64,000 nt of DNA from IMG/VR virus record IMGVR_UViG_3300047557_001530, positions 96,001 to 160,000 of that record, one strand, 5' to 3'. Position 1 is the stretch's first letter, and every line of letters starts with the position of its first letter. The notes under the pieces were generated by a model, which saw only the letters and a list, made by a program, of their open reading frames with translations, searched no databases and was not told the origin of the DNA. Below, in pieces: positions 43,473-55,160 of this stretch. The stretch comes from a virus. Position numbers and translations under genes: made by a program.

Positions 43473-43544
43473 GGAATCGTAGCTCAGTGGTAGAGCACTC
43501 GGCTGATAACCGAGCGGTCACAAGTTCAAATCTTGTCGGTTCCA
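43473..43544 (+). tRNA. tRNA-Ile(GAU)
   Basis: GGAATCG/CGGTTCC; loop CT-GAT-AA. Confidence 0.95.
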
Positions 43545-43579
43545 CTTGTTGACAAATTTAACTATATGTGGTATTATAA

Positions 43580-43646
43580 GTTTGGCGATACTGCCAAACC
43601 AGACCCTTCCGTGTGACTTTAAAACCTCTCCTTCGGGAGGGGTTTT
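43580..43646 (+). ncRNA. Candidate small RNA with its own promoter and terminator
   Basis: TTGACA(43549)-17nt-TATTAT; hairpin GTTTGGC/GCCAAAC; unpaired CAGACCCTTCCGTGTGAC; terminator CCTCTCC-TTCG-GGAGGGG-TTTT. Confidence 0.55.
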
Positions 43647-43699
43647 ATTGTATAAATACTTTCAAGAAGAAAGCACACAAATAGTAGGTCTGAGTAATT

Positions 43700-46600
43700 A
43701 TGGCTCTTACAAGACTTGATAATCTTTACTCAAGCAAAACTGGCAAATATCTATACGTATCTCCAGATGATTTTAACGCCACTGACGAATTAGATAATAG
43801 AGGTAATTCTCCTCTTCGTCCCTTCAAAACAATTCAAAGAGCCTTTATTGAAGTAGCTCGTTATTCATACCTACCAAACGCAGAAGATAGGTTTGACCAG
43901 TTTAGCATCATGTTGATGCCTGGTAATCACTATATCGATAACCGCCCAGGTGTTGCGGAAGTAACAAATAAAGAGCCAAGATATTTTGATGGTGCTGATC
44001 TAATTGAAGCAAACCGTCAGGAAATTATTGATCGTGCATTTGCACAAATTGCAATTGACTATAATGAAGTTTCTTGGGGAACTGATTGGGTAGTTCCAGG
44101 TGATGTTACGGAAAATTCTTTAAATAGATTTTTTGATGCTTATCGTTTAATTCAAAAAAATCGCACAGAGATTATTCAAACAGCATATCAAGGTATGCTT
44201 GATGCAAACCCAGGATTTGTTGTTCCTGGTACTCCTGGTGTTGATGATATTAAATGTCAAAGAGATATTGGATATTTTATTGATGCCATTTCTCTAGACG
44301 TTTGCCTTGGCGGTGGAAACAAATATACCAGAAAATTTGTACAAAATTATTTCAATGCCGCTGGCAATTCCTGGCTAAGCAACACTTTAGAAGGTGAAGA
44401 GCAGCAATCTATTGATGCTTTTGCTGCAGCAAGAGACGAAATGAATGCTGCATTAACAAATCAACTAACATATAAAGATTTAAGTATTACTGTTGATCCA
44501 GTAACAAATGACAACGAAAGTGTAAATTCTTGTGCAAACGTAAGATCATTAGTATTTTCTCTTTCTCAAATTGTACTTGACGTAATTGAAGATGGTAATT
44601 TAAATGATCTTCCTGGAGAAACTTCTGCTCCAGCAATTGGCGATGGGCAAAATATTTGTAAGCGTGATATTGGATATGTTGTAGATGCTATTATTTCAGA
44701 CCTCAAAACGGGCGGTAACAGCAATATTGTTCAAGCAGCTAGATCATATTTTGACAGAAATGGTCTACCTATTAGTAATGGGTTGATTGGAGAAGAAGCA
44801 CAATCAATTGTCGCATTTAACGCTGCAAGAGATATGATGAGAAAAGCGGTTTCTAACCGTTTATACTCAAAAGATTTAACTTTACTTGCTGGTCCTTCTG
44901 TAGCAAATGGATCTGGTTTAATTCAACCATTGCTTCCATCTGGTAATGAGATGGCTTGTGTTGATGTTCAAGACACAATTAGTTCTCTTATTTTAATTCT
45001 TACGACAGTTATTTCTGACGGCAATCTAAGCAGCCTCGATGAAATTGAAATTACTGGTGATATTCCTATCTTTAATTACAATCAAGCCCTAGAAGAGTGG
45101 AATGATAATAGCATTCTTGATCTCAGCAACCCAGATAACGTTCTTTACAAGTTTAATGCTACCACTGGTGGTGCTATTGTTCCTAGAGGTTGTTCATTAA
45201 TTGGTTACGACCTTCGTAGAACTATTGTTCGCCCTCTTTACGTTCCAGATCCTGCAGATGGAACTCAAGAAAGAACATCTATTTTCAATCTAACTGGTGG
45301 TTGCTATCTTTGGCAGTTCACTATTAAAGATGGCGATTTATCTGCAAATTCTCCTCTCTTTGATTCTACTGCTAATGTAGGTAAAGTATATTATCAGGCT
45401 GGAAATACTTTACAACTAGCAGTACCAGAATATTCTCACCACAAAATCTGCATCATGGAGTATGCAGATGGCGAAGAACTTGACAGATATTACACTAAGG
45501 TTGGTAGAGCTTTCTCTAGATTCCAACCAACTATTGATGATGGAGACTTTGAAGCCCTTGTACAAGAAAACCGTATTGTTGGTCCTCTTTCTGATACAAG
45601 AAGAATCGAAAGCATTAAGATTACCGATTCTACTCCAGCAGGAACGATTACTGTTCAGATAACTACAAAGATTGATCATGGTTATTTTGTAGATCAATAC
45701 ATTGCAATTCTAAACAATGGTCTAAGCGATCAATTAAATGGTACATTTAAAGTAACTCGTACAAACGTAGATGGCAATCCTAAAGTATTTGAGTACACAA
45801 TTTTAGGAAGCATTTCTGCACTTGGAAATAGTGAATTAGAAAGCGGTGCTACTTATACTGTAGCAAATGGATTGGATGCAAATGCAGTTTCTCAGGCAGA
45901 AATTGACTCGGTTGAATCTGCTTCGCCATATGTCTTTAACTGTTCAATTCGCTCCACTTGGGGCATGTGTGGTATGTGGGCAGATGGATCCAAGGCAACT
46001 GGATTCAAGTCTATGGTTGTTGCACAGTACACTGGTGTTTCTCTACAAAAAGATGACCGTGCATTCATTCGCTACGATAGATTTACCAATACTTGGAACC
46101 AAGCATCACTAACTGATGCTTTTGCTACTGTTCCTTATCATACTAAAGGTGATGCATACTGGAAGGATGATTGGAGAAACTTCCATATTCGTGCATCTGA
46201 TGACGCTTTCATTCAATGCGTTTCGGTATTCGCTGTAGGCTTTTTTGACCACTTCTTAATGGAGTCTGGTGGTGACATGTCAATCACCAACTCTAACTCT
46301 AACTTTGGTAATACTTCACTTCACGCTGTTGGATTTAAAGGATTTGCTTTTAACCAAGATAAGGGTGGTTATATTACTGACATTATTCCTCCTAGAGTTA
46401 TTAATACTGCTGCAAGTAATGAGTTAAAAATTCAGTATTATACTCTTGATATTCTTGCTTCAAATGATCAAGACAACCATACTAGAGTTTATATTGGTTC
46501 TGACGCAGCAACTGACCCAGCAAACAGACCAGCAGCTTCTGTAGCAGGTTATCGTATTGGTGCCAAGCAAGACGAAAAATTATATGTTAAACTTGATATT

Positions 46601-49600
46601 GGAACCGCATATTCTACTCTAGAACCAACTGGTTTTACTTCTTACACAGCATCACTAGAAACTCTCAATCCTAGCGGAATTCAGATTAATAACAGAGCCC
46701 AAGATGCTGCGGATAGAGTTGAAGACAATAAAGAATTTATTCAAAGCGAAGCTTATGAATACATTATTGCTAAGTACCCCGAACTATTAACAAATACAAA
46801 TATCACTATTTCTAAGTGTAAGCGTGATATTGGTTATTTTGTTGATGCAGTTGTTTCTGATCTAAGACTTGGTGGCAATATTAATACAGTACAAGCTGCA
46901 GAAGGATACTTTGTTGGTGGTTCTTTAGCTTATATTAATTCAGAATTGATTGAAACTATCGATGCACTTGATTATGTTAAAAACTTGAGCATCGCAGCGA
47001 TGCGTAATTTTGATTATTTGCGTACCACATGTTTAACGACGGCTGGATCTCCCATTGTTAATGTTGGAGATACTACAGGTTTAGTTATTGGAATGAAAGT
47101 TGAAGAATACACAACTAACAGTTTCTTGAATGGTAAATTAATTGAATCGCCTAATTTAATTACATCAAATATTTCATCTGGTACTTATATTAAAAATATC
47201 ATTGATTCTAATACTATTGAACTTGGTACTTTTGGAAGTAAATTAGATCAAGGTGCTTCCAAAAATGCTCTACAAAATTCATCAAATGCTTGGTTGTATT
47301 TTACTCTTGAAGATGGTGCTTGGTACGATCAACATTCTGTAGAGTTAACAACAGATCCATCATTAATACAAGCTACAGAATATCCAGAGTGTGTTGATAT
47401 TGCTACAACTATCACTCAATATTTTGATGATATTAAACTAACACTTAATCAAGGACCAAATACTGTTGTTAAAATTGAACCAGAAATTGATTATGCTGGT
47501 TTAACTCAAAGAGCCACTATTTTTACAATTAATACGGGAGGCAGTTCTTCTAATCCTCATACGTGGGAAACTGGAACACCTGTTAAGCTTATTCCCAGAG
47601 CAAGAGCTGGCACAAACCCAGATAAACGCTTAATTCGTCTTCCAAATGGATTTGAAACAAATACGAAGTATTATGTAATTGCTCCAGGAAGAAAAACAGA
47701 ACCATATGATTATTCTGGTACTACCTATTTCAACGGAGCAGATCAAACTAAATTAATGCTTGCTGCAACAAAAGAAAATGCTGCTGCAGGTATCTACATC
47801 TACTCGCCAGAAACAGAATCAATCGATCCTGATGTAGAAATTGTAGTCGAGCAGTATGTACTTGATGATGTATATGATCTTCACAAATATAAGTGTAACT
47901 TTACTGGCGGAGATACACAAAATATTGAAACAGATATTGCACACATTTTTGATCTTCCAAATGCTGCAGTACCTCCTCAAAAGGTATTCTTCCGTGTTGC
48001 CGAAGATATTTTAGATTCTGAATTACCACAAATTAGTGGTCAGGGTAACATTAATCCACAACAATATTATTATGTTCGTTATGTAACCAGCAAGAAGTTT
48101 ACTATTCACACAACTCATGCTGATGCAATTTCTGGCAACAACGAAGTCTCATTTGTTGGTGGAACTGGCAAAAACTTCTATGTATTTGCTAACAAGAGAA
48201 GAAGCCCACTTCTATTTGATGCAGAATATTCTATTGACGGAAACACAAGCGGATTGTGGTATTTACAAGTTCAAGATGAGTCTTCTGGTCTAACCCCAAG
48301 AACAGATAGTATTTTAACTCGTTTCCATGATATTACTGCTTACGGACCAGGAACAGGCAAGATTAGAACTCTAGATTCTTGGTATACTCGTGTTCAGGAT
48401 GCAAGATCTAAGGAAGATCGTGTTTACAGACTTCGTTATGTTATTCCTAAGTATCTTGAAACAGTTAGAGATCCTCTCAATGGGTTTGTTCTTAAGATTA
48501 GAACTGATGACAAGAGAAGACTCGTACCTCAAAGGATCGTTCTTGCTCCAGTAGCTGGAAATACACAAAATACTGCCGTATTTAAAAACCCAGTAGGATT
48601 CCAAGAAACGATTGGTTTAACGCAAAATGAATATGTTAATGATTTAATTAATCCTATTGATATTAGTGTATTTGAACAAAGTCCAGAAAAGCGTGTAAGT
48701 CTTTATGATCCATACGCATCACCAAAAGTAGTTGAAACAGAATCAAACATTGCATTTACAATACAATCTGCTAGAAAAGTAACTAATAATTATCTTGAAA
48801 TTATTGCTTTTGATCATACTATTATCAATCAATCTTTGAAAAATGAAACCTTTACTGTTGTTGAAATAAGTCAACCTCAGGGAGGAAGTGGAGCATTTAA
48901 CAGTGCATTAAATGCGGAAATAATCAACTGGAGTGGATTCTCTTCTGGATCTGCTATTGTACATTCGTATAAAACTGTAGGAAATAGATATTTCTTAGTT
49001 CTTCGTATTATTGAAGGATCTATTCAATACAGTCCTGTTATTGCAACTTCATTCAGTCAGATTAACAATCCATTTACAATTACTGCAAATCTAGTTGCAA
49101 AGGCAAATAGTGTAGGTGATCCAGAAGGAAAAGATAAGTCTGATCGCAAGGATTATCTTTACAGAGTTGATGGTGCTAATGTTTATACTTTAGTTCCTGG
49201 AGACTTCATTAATGATGATACTGGCAAGAGATATCAAATTGTTAGTGTTGAAGATGTAGGTAATCTTGAAGATACTTTCTATATCTTTGATATCAACGAA
49301 GTTCAAGAAAGAATTGCTGGTCAGCAAGACGGTATTTACTATCTAACTTGTGTAAGAGGAAATATTTCTCCATTCCCAACAAACCCAGGCGTTGGCGATA
49401 ACTTCAAAAACTATAAGTTCTCACAACCAATTTCTCAACTATATCCACAAAATTATAAAAACGACCCAGTTTGGTTTAAACAACTAAATCCTGCATATAA
49501 TGATGCTCCTATTGCCATTTCGGCGGCAGACAACTATGTTCATGGATTAGTAACAATTAATGATTCAAAGAGAAGCGAAACTAAAGAAGTTGTCTATGAT

Positions 49601-52600
49601 ATGATTGAGCAGCCAGCTCTTTCACGTTATGATTTTGTCAAGTCTGAAGAATTAGTTTCTGTGACACCAAATCCTATTGGTGGTTCAAACATTATTGAAG
49701 CACAAGAAGGTAATGCAACTTCTGGTTCTGAAAATAGAAGAATTCCAATTTCTGGTGATTCTGAATTCCCTCTAGAGCAAAAACTTTATGTAGAACTTCG
49801 TCGTCCATCGATTGCTCGTTCTGGAAACCATACGTTTGAATATCTTGGCTTCGGTCCTGGTAACTATTCAACTGGTTTCCCACTTCGTCAGGAAGTTGTT
49901 CTTTCAGATACTCAAGACTTCTATGCACAGTCTAAGCGTGAAGATGGTGGTATCGTATTCTACACGGGTCTAAACTCTAACGGCGATCTTTACATCGGTA
50001 ATAGAAAGATTAATGCTATTACTGGCGAAGAAACATTCTTAGAGCAAGCAATTCTTGAGGAGTCGGAAGATGATAGTGGTGACAACCTAGGATCTCTTGT
50101 TACGACATTTGACGTACCAGTTACTTTCAATGATCGTATCGTTGTTGAAGGTGATGCCAACTTTAACAATCCTGTCACAATTACGGTAGACGCAGATGAA
50201 GGTGTTGCGTTAAGAGTTACCAGCGTAGTTGATGATGAATTAGGAGATGATATTTCACTAAGCAATAAGCAGCATCAAAATAATAATGATGGTGACATTA
50301 CACTTGGCAAAAATAGAATTAATTCTGCAATCTATGGTATCATTCCAAGACAAATTCTTGGTAATGATGGTCAATCATATTCTATTAGAACTCATTATTC
50401 TGCATCAACTGGTCCTACCAATATTACTCCAGACCAAAATAAGAGATTCAATATTCTTCAAGAAGTTAGCTACAGCACAACCCAAAAACCAGAAAATGGC
50501 GATATCTTATTAAAAGGTAAAGAAGTTGGATTGTCTGGTTCTCTTGGTTGGATTTATGCAAACTATTTTACAGTAATTGGCAATTCTAATATTCAAAATA
50601 TTGTTAGTGATGGAACTTCATTAACAATAAATTGGATTCCTACAGTAACAAACCAGCAATTAAATGTTGTTCCAGGATCTAAATTAAGAATTTCTAGTTT
50701 TAATACTAATGCTAATCTAAATGGTACTTGGACTGTTCTATCTTCTGGATTTAACGCTAGTGCAAACTTCTGTAAGATTGTAATTACAATTTTACCAGCA
50801 AATGGCACAATTTATAACATTCCATCAAACTCTACATTTGAAATTTCTAGAGCTAACTGGAAAGAATATGGTGTAATTGGCAGTGAAACTCTCAGAACAA
50901 ATACAGAAACATTTGGTAGCTATAAATTAGGTATTAATACTATTGCTAGAGCATCTGATAGTGCATACACTAGAGGATTTGTAGACTCCGCAAGCGAAAA
51001 CAACATTGCTCCTAGAGCAAACTTAGATGTAGTTGGTGAAACATTTATTAGCGGCAAAAATGTAGCTATCACAGTAACTGGTGGGGTACAAACTAAAACC
51101 GAAACATTCTCCAACAATGCGTTGTTGGTTGGTGGCGATAGTTTAACTCCTGCAAATGCTGCAACATTGAGAGTTGCTACTACAAATAATGGTAGAGTTG
51201 GCATTAATGCCACCAACACTCAGTTAGATCGCTCGTTGGTTGTAGTTGGTAATGGTAGAATTACTGGTGATTTTAGATTTGAAAGTGATATAGAAGTTAA
51301 TGGTGGAGATATTACTACCACAAATACTACGTTTAATTTTGTAAATCAAAATACTCTCACTGCATTTAACGCTGGTGCTAATGCTACTAGTGTTGCTCTG
51401 TTCAATACAACAACTGGCAATCAAACAATTGATGTAGGAACATCAGCACTTACGACTACATTTAATTTACATACTGGGTCTACAAATTCAACTATCAATT
51501 TAGGAGTAGTTTCAAATACTCTAGCAACAAATCGTTCAAATATTACAATTGGTGGAGCTTTTAATAATCCTCCTCAAAGTATTTTCCGTGTAAGAAATTA
51601 CAGAACAATTTTTGATGGAAGATTAACAATTCGTGGTGGATTTATTGAAGTAGATGAAACAGTAAACAGCTTTACCATGTTCCCTGATGGGTTAACTGAA
51701 CTTAAGATTGCTGGCTCTGCAGGAACAGTAGAAATCGGTGGTGTTGCTGGTAGAACTACAATTAGGCACGGATTAAAAACTCTTGGATCTGCTATTTTTG
51801 AAGCTGATATTACTCAAAATGGTGGCTATAGAAATTCTAATGTTGGTGTTACAAGAAACATTTTTGGTACTATCAATATTGTACAAGTCTCTAGATCTGG
51901 TAATATTGCTAGAATTGTTACTGAACAAAGTCATCAACTAACTACTGGCGATACTGTAGAAATTAAGTGTAGCATTGAGACATTCAATACTGCAACTCCT
52001 GTAGCAGTAACTGTTGTAAATTCCACCACATTTACTTATGCTAATACTGGCACTTTTGTAGCCACCAGCACTGCTGCTACAGGTAGAGTATTGAGATCTG
52101 TTGGTCAATCGCAGCCAACAGGTTCTCTATCTAATTTAAACATTGACTACTATGCAGTAATTTCAGATTTTGCTGCTGTAATGAATGTTGATGCTGTATT
52201 GAACAACAAACTTCTAACAGCATCTCCTTATGTAACTGATAATGATCCAGTCAAGTTTACAGATGTTGGTAATTTAGCGGGTGTTAATTCAAATGATGTT
52301 TACTATGTAAAATCTTCTGATACATCAGGATTTACATTATCTTCAACAATAAATGGTCCTACACTTACAATTTCTTTACAATCTGGTACTACCAGCCCAG
52401 GAACTGCTAGAATCGTACTAGCAGGAACTACAGTTGATACTGAAGGTGATGAATATTGGGGAAGTGTTGATTATCAAAACGAGGATGGCACTTATACTTT
52501 ACCAATTAACAATCCTTCAAATATTGCTTCAAACCAATATCTATTAATTGGTACTGAAATTGTTCGTGTTGTATCTGACCCAACTCCAACAAGACCATTT

Positions 52601-54037
52601 ACAGTAAATGTATTACGTGCTCAAGATGGAACTGCACAAGTTGCTCATGCTGATGGAGAAAGAATCGTTCTTCTCAACAAGCAAGAAAATGCTTCATATG
52701 TTTTCCCAAATCCAGTAAGTCCAACATCTACAACTGTAAATATTGGAGAGCTATCTGCATTCCTACGTGTAAATGATATCTTTAGATTAAATAAAGGAAC
52801 TCAGTTTGATGAATTTGTAAGAATTAGTGCAATCAATACTTCAGATGCACAAACTTTCAGTATTACGAATGGAGATATTGGAAATGAAATAACTCCAAAA
52901 AATCCATTAGAATTGTTCAAAGTTATTTCTACCAGTGGAAATACACATATCATAGGTGATGTTATCATTGGATATAATACAAATTCTCCAGATGAAAATC
53001 AAACAAACACGATTGCGGTTGCTGATGCATTTGGTTTCAACTCCAGCACTTCTACAGGATCTTCTATTGCAACTTCTGGTGGTGGTAATTTAAAAGTTCA
53101 CAACTCAATTGAACTAAGTGGCAACACTTCTACAACTACTCCAGGAAAACAATATTTTGTAATTACAAATGGTAGTGCCCCTAGATTCTATGTTGAATCT
53201 GCAACAGGCAACACTAGACTATATAACGGTGCAAACCTAACTGTATTCAAAGATTCATTCTTTGCTGATGGAACATTTGATAAGTCTAGAACTGATATTG
53301 CTTCAAATATAGCATTCCAAGTTATTGGATCTACTGGTGACACTAAGATTGCTGGTACGTTAAGAGCAGGTGATGACTTTACAGTTGGAACATTACAAAA
53401 TCCTGCTAATGCAGAAACAATTAGTAATATATTTACAACTAGATTTAGTGTAGATGCTCAGACAGGAACCACATTTATTGGAAGACACTTAACAATTAAT
53501 GGTCTTTCTTCTGCAACTCCCGCTGAAAGTGTTGTGCCATTTGCTATCGATAACTTAGGAGTAAATGGAACAAATGAATTCCGTATTAAGCAAGATAGAT
53601 CTATTGATTCTTTCGGTGAGGATAGATTCTACAATAAGAATGGTGGTAGAAAGACAATCTTTGTTTCTACTCAAGGAAATACTGATGCAACTGCAGTAGA
53701 ATTGAGACCAAATTTACAATATGCAGTAAGACCAGCTTCAACCTTAATCCTAAAACTTCCTTCACAAGCGGTAACTGGAGATACGATTAGAATTGTAGAT
53801 GTTGGTGGAGCACTAAGCTTCTCGGTAAATCTTGTGGTCAGAGCACCATCTAACGTACAAATTCAAGGAAAACTTGGAGGAACAACTTTAGGTGGATTAG
53901 GTTCTGAGTACAGCAGTGGTGAATTAGTTGTAAATACTCCTAATGCTGCATTTGGTCTAATTTATATTGGGGATACGGATGGAGATGGTAATGGTGTTCC
54001 TGGAGAACAGCAAGGTTGGTTCCTAATGGAGATCTAA
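43700..54037 (+). CDS. Giant virion structural/tail-fibre protein (3445 aa)
   Basis: TATAAATA late promoter; MALTRLDN...PFKTIQRAFIE N-terminus typical of cyanomyovirus fibres; repeated C.RDIGY..DA...D...GGN modules. Confidence 0.85.
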   Translation: MALTRLDNLYSSKTGKYLYVSPDDFNATDELDNRGNSPLRPFKTIQRAFIEVARYSYLPNAEDRFDQFSIMLMPGNHYIDNRPGVAEVTNKEPRYFDGADLIEANRQEIIDRAFAQIAIDYNEVSWGTDWVVPGDVTENSLNRFFDAYRLIQKNRTEIIQTAYQGMLDANPGFVVPGTPGVDDIKCQRDIGYFIDAISLDVCLGGGNKYTRKFVQNYFNAAGNSWLSNTLEGEEQQSIDAFAAARDEMNAALTNQLTYKDLSITVDPVTNDNESVNSCANVRSLVFSLSQIVLDVIEDGNLNDLPGETSAPAIGDGQNICKRDIGYVVDAIISDLKTGGNSNIVQAARSYFDRNGLPISNGLIGEEAQSIVAFNAARDMMRKAVSNRLYSKDLTLLAGPSVANGSGLIQPLLPSGNEMACVDVQDTISSLILILTTVISDGNLSSLDEIEITGDIPIFNYNQALEEWNDNSILDLSNPDNVLYKFNATTGGAIVPRGCSLIGYDLRRTIVRPLYVPDPADGTQERTSIFNLTGGCYLWQFTIKDGDLSANSPLFDSTANVGKVYYQAGNTLQLAVPEYSHHKICIMEYADGEELDRYYTKVGRAFSRFQPTIDDGDFEALVQENRIVGPLSDTRRIESIKITDSTPAGTITVQITTKIDHGYFVDQYIAILNNGLSDQLNGTFKVTRTNVDGNPKVFEYTILGSISALGNSELESGATYTVANGLDANAVSQAEIDSVESASPYVFNCSIRSTWGMCGMWADGSKATGFKSMVVAQYTGVSLQKDDRAFIRYDRFTNTWNQASLTDAFATVPYHTKGDAYWKDDWRNFHIRASDDAFIQCVSVFAVGFFDHFLMESGGDMSITNSNSNFGNTSLHAVGFKGFAFNQDKGGYITDIIPPRVINTAASNELKIQYYTLDILASNDQDNHTRVYIGSDAATDPANRPAASVAGYRIGAKQDEKLYVKLDIGTAYSTLEPTGFTSYTASLETLNPSGIQINNRAQDAADRVEDNKEFIQSEAYEYIIAKYPELLTNTNITISKCKRDIGYFVDAVVSDLRLGGNINTVQAAEGYFVGGSLAYINSELIETIDALDYVKNLSIAAMRNFDYLRTTCLTTAGSPIVNVGDTTGLVIGMKVEEYTTNSFLNGKLIESPNLITSNISSGTYIKNIIDSNTIELGTFGSKLDQGASKNALQNSSNAWLYFTLEDGAWYDQHSVELTTDPSLIQATEYPECVDIATTITQYFDDIKLTLNQGPNTVVKIEPEIDYAGLTQRATIFTINTGGSSSNPHTWETGTPVKLIPRARAGTNPDKRLIRLPNGFETNTKYYVIAPGRKTEPYDYSGTTYFNGADQTKLMLAATKENAAAGIYIYSPETESIDPDVEIVVEQYVLDDVYDLHKYKCNFTGGDTQNIETDIAHIFDLPNAAVPPQKVFFRVAEDILDSELPQISGQGNINPQQYYYVRYVTSKKFTIHTTHADAISGNNEVSFVGGTGKNFYVFANKRRSPLLFDAEYSIDGNTSGLWYLQVQDESSGLTPRTDSILTRFHDITAYGPGTGKIRTLDSWYTRVQDARSKEDRVYRLRYVIPKYLETVRDPLNGFVLKIRTDDKRRLVPQRIVLAPVAGNTQNTAVFKNPVGFQETIGLTQNEYVNDLINPIDISVFEQSPEKRVSLYDPYASPKVVETESNIAFTIQSARKVTNNYLEIIAFDHTIINQSLKNETFTVVEISQPQGGSGAFNSALNAEIINWSGFSSGSAIVHSYKTVGNRYFLVLRIIEGSIQYSPVIATSFSQINNPFTITANLVAKANSVGDPEGKDKSDRKDYLYRVDGANVYTLVPGDFINDDTGKRYQIVSVEDVGNLEDTFYIFDINEVQERIAGQQDGIYYLTCVRGNISPFPTNPGVGDNFKNYKFSQPISQLYPQNYKNDPVWFKQLNPAYNDAPIAISAADNYVHGLVTINDSKRSETKEVVYDMIEQPALSRYDFVKSEELVSVTPNPIGGSNIIEAQEGNATSGSENRRIPISGDSEFPLEQKLYVELRRPSIARSGNHTFEYLGFGPGNYSTGFPLRQEVVLSDTQDFYAQSKREDGGIVFYTGLNSNGDLYIGNRKINAITGEETFLEQAILEESEDDSGDNLGSLVTTFDVPVTFNDRIVVEGDANFNNPVTITVDADEGVALRVTSVVDDELGDDISLSNKQHQNNNDGDITLGKNRINSAIYGIIPRQILGNDGQSYSIRTHYSASTGPTNITPDQNKRFNILQEVSYSTTQKPENGDILLKGKEVGLSGSLGWIYANYFTVIGNSNIQNIVSDGTSLTINWIPTVTNQQLNVVPGSKLRISSFNTNANLNGTWTVLSSGFNASANFCKIVITILPANGTIYNIPSNSTFEISRANWKEYGVIGSETLRTNTETFGSYKLGINTIARASDSAYTRGFVDSASENNIAPRANLDVVGETFISGKNVAITVTGGVQTKTETFSNNALLVGGDSLTPANAATLRVATTNNGRVGINATNTQLDRSLVVVGNGRITGDFRFESDIEVNGGDITTTNTTFNFVNQNTLTAFNAGANATSVALFNTTTGNQTIDVGTSALTTTFNLHTGSTNSTINLGVVSNTLATNRSNITIGGAFNNPPQSIFRVRNYRTIFDGRLTIRGGFIEVDETVNSFTMFPDGLTELKIAGSAGTVEIGGVAGRTTIRHGLKTLGSAIFEADITQNGGYRNSNVGVTRNIFGTINIVQVSRSGNIARIVTEQSHQLTTGDTVEIKCSIETFNTATPVAVTVVNSTTFTYANTGTFVATSTAATGRVLRSVGQSQPTGSLSNLNIDYYAVISDFAAVMNVDAVLNNKLLTASPYVTDNDPVKFTDVGNLAGVNSNDVYYVKSSDTSGFTLSSTINGPTLTISLQSGTTSPGTARIVLAGTTVDTEGDEYWGSVDYQNEDGTYTLPINNPSNIASNQYLLIGTEIVRVVSDPTPTRPFTVNVLRAQDGTAQVAHADGERIVLLNKQENASYVFPNPVSPTSTTVNIGELSAFLRVNDIFRLNKGTQFDEFVRISAINTSDAQTFSITNGDIGNEITPKNPLELFKVISTSGNTHIIGDVIIGYNTNSPDENQTNTIAVADAFGFNSSTSTGSSIATSGGGNLKVHNSIELSGNTSTTTPGKQYFVITNGSAPRFYVESATGNTRLYNGANLTVFKDSFFADGTFDKSRTDIASNIAFQVIGSTGDTKIAGTLRAGDDFTVGTLQNPANAETISNIFTTRFSVDAQTGTTFIGRHLTINGLSSATPAESVVPFAIDNLGVNGTNEFRIKQDRSIDSFGEDRFYNKNGGRKTIFVSTQGNTDATAVELRPNLQYAVRPASTLILKLPSQAVTGDTIRIVDVGGALSFSVNLVVRAPSNVQIQGKLGGTTLGGLGSEYSSGELVVNTPNAAFGLIYIGDTDGDGNGVPGEQQGWFLMEI

Positions 54038-54040
54038 TAA

Positions 54041-55150
54041 ATGGCATACGCAGATACTGTTAATTACAACACAATAAAATCTATGAGAGGATATCCCATA
54101 GGAACTATAATTCCTTGGGCTGGAGAAATTGATACAATTCCTTATGGGTGGATTACTTGCGGGGGATCCACCCCAGCAATATCAAGATACCCTCTTTTGT
54201 ATGAAGTTATTGGCAATACTTATGGAGGAACAGAAGGAAGTACGTTTAGAATTCCTAATTTAAATGATGGATCTTCTGCGGTAATGGACATTTACCAAGG
54301 TCATTTTAATTATCTTCAAAATGCTGGAGATGCTCACAAACCACAAAATACTAACAGAACTTTAGATTCTTTTTGGTCTATAGTTGGAGCTGCAGATAAT
54401 GGTAACAGACCAGGATCAACTCAAACAAATTGGCTATCTACAGTTGATGTTGTTGGTGAACAAGTATCTAGACCAGATGTTGTGGCTAGACATGGTGCAT
54501 TTTCTATAAGTGAAGGTGATGTTTCATTTACTTTTTCTGTAAATGAAAGAAAATTGAGTGATAGACACGTACCAAATCATTCTCACGATTATGAAGTAGA
54601 TGGATCTCCATCTTATTCTCGCAGAAGCAATTTAGCAACAATTAACTCAAACTACTTTTTTGATGATGGTGTTTGTGCTCTTTCTGGAACAAGAACAGAA
54701 GTAACTAGATCTACAAATGATCCGCCGATTGACGGAACACAAATGGCTAATGTTGGTGCATCAAATACAATTTCAACAACATTTAGAGCAGGTGGAGGTA
54801 ATATTATTAACGACCAACCTACGTGGGATGGACAAAATAGGGCTACTGGATTTAGCAGTGGAGATGGATTTAGTGGTGGTGATATGTGGTCAAACAGAAG
54901 TGGTACTAGATACTTTTGGAGTAGCTTGAGCCACGCAGAAAAATCTTTCTCTCAAATTAATGGACACTCCCATGGTTCTTTGGAATATAACTGGGTAAGT
55001 AAAATTAAAATAATTAATCCTGGTATTGTTTCTGATGTACGAACAAATACCGTTACAATTGATAATACCCCAGGCATTAACTTTGGATCTATAAATATGA
55101 ATAGTTCTACAGCTACTTTGACAATGAATTTTATTATTAAAGCTTTTTAA
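54041..55150 (+). CDS. Tail-collar-domain fibre protein
   Basis: PIGTIIPWAG...GWITC...YPLLYEVIGNTYGG...FRIPNL; HSH motifs; C-terminal FIIKAF. Confidence 0.85.
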   Translation: MAYADTVNYNTIKSMRGYPIGTIIPWAGEIDTIPYGWITCGGSTPAISRYPLLYEVIGNTYGGTEGSTFRIPNLNDGSSAVMDIYQGHFNYLQNAGDAHKPQNTNRTLDSFWSIVGAADNGNRPGSTQTNWLSTVDVVGEQVSRPDVVARHGAFSISEGDVSFTFSVNERKLSDRHVPNHSHDYEVDGSPSYSRRSNLATINSNYFFDDGVCALSGTRTEVTRSTNDPPIDGTQMANVGASNTISTTFRAGGGNIINDQPTWDGQNRATGFSSGDGFSGGDMWSNRSGTRYFWSSLSHAEKSFSQINGHSHGSLEYNWVSKIKIINPGIVSDVRTNTVTIDNTPGINFGSINMNSSTATLTMNFIIKAF

Positions 55151-55160
55151 GAATAAAGAC

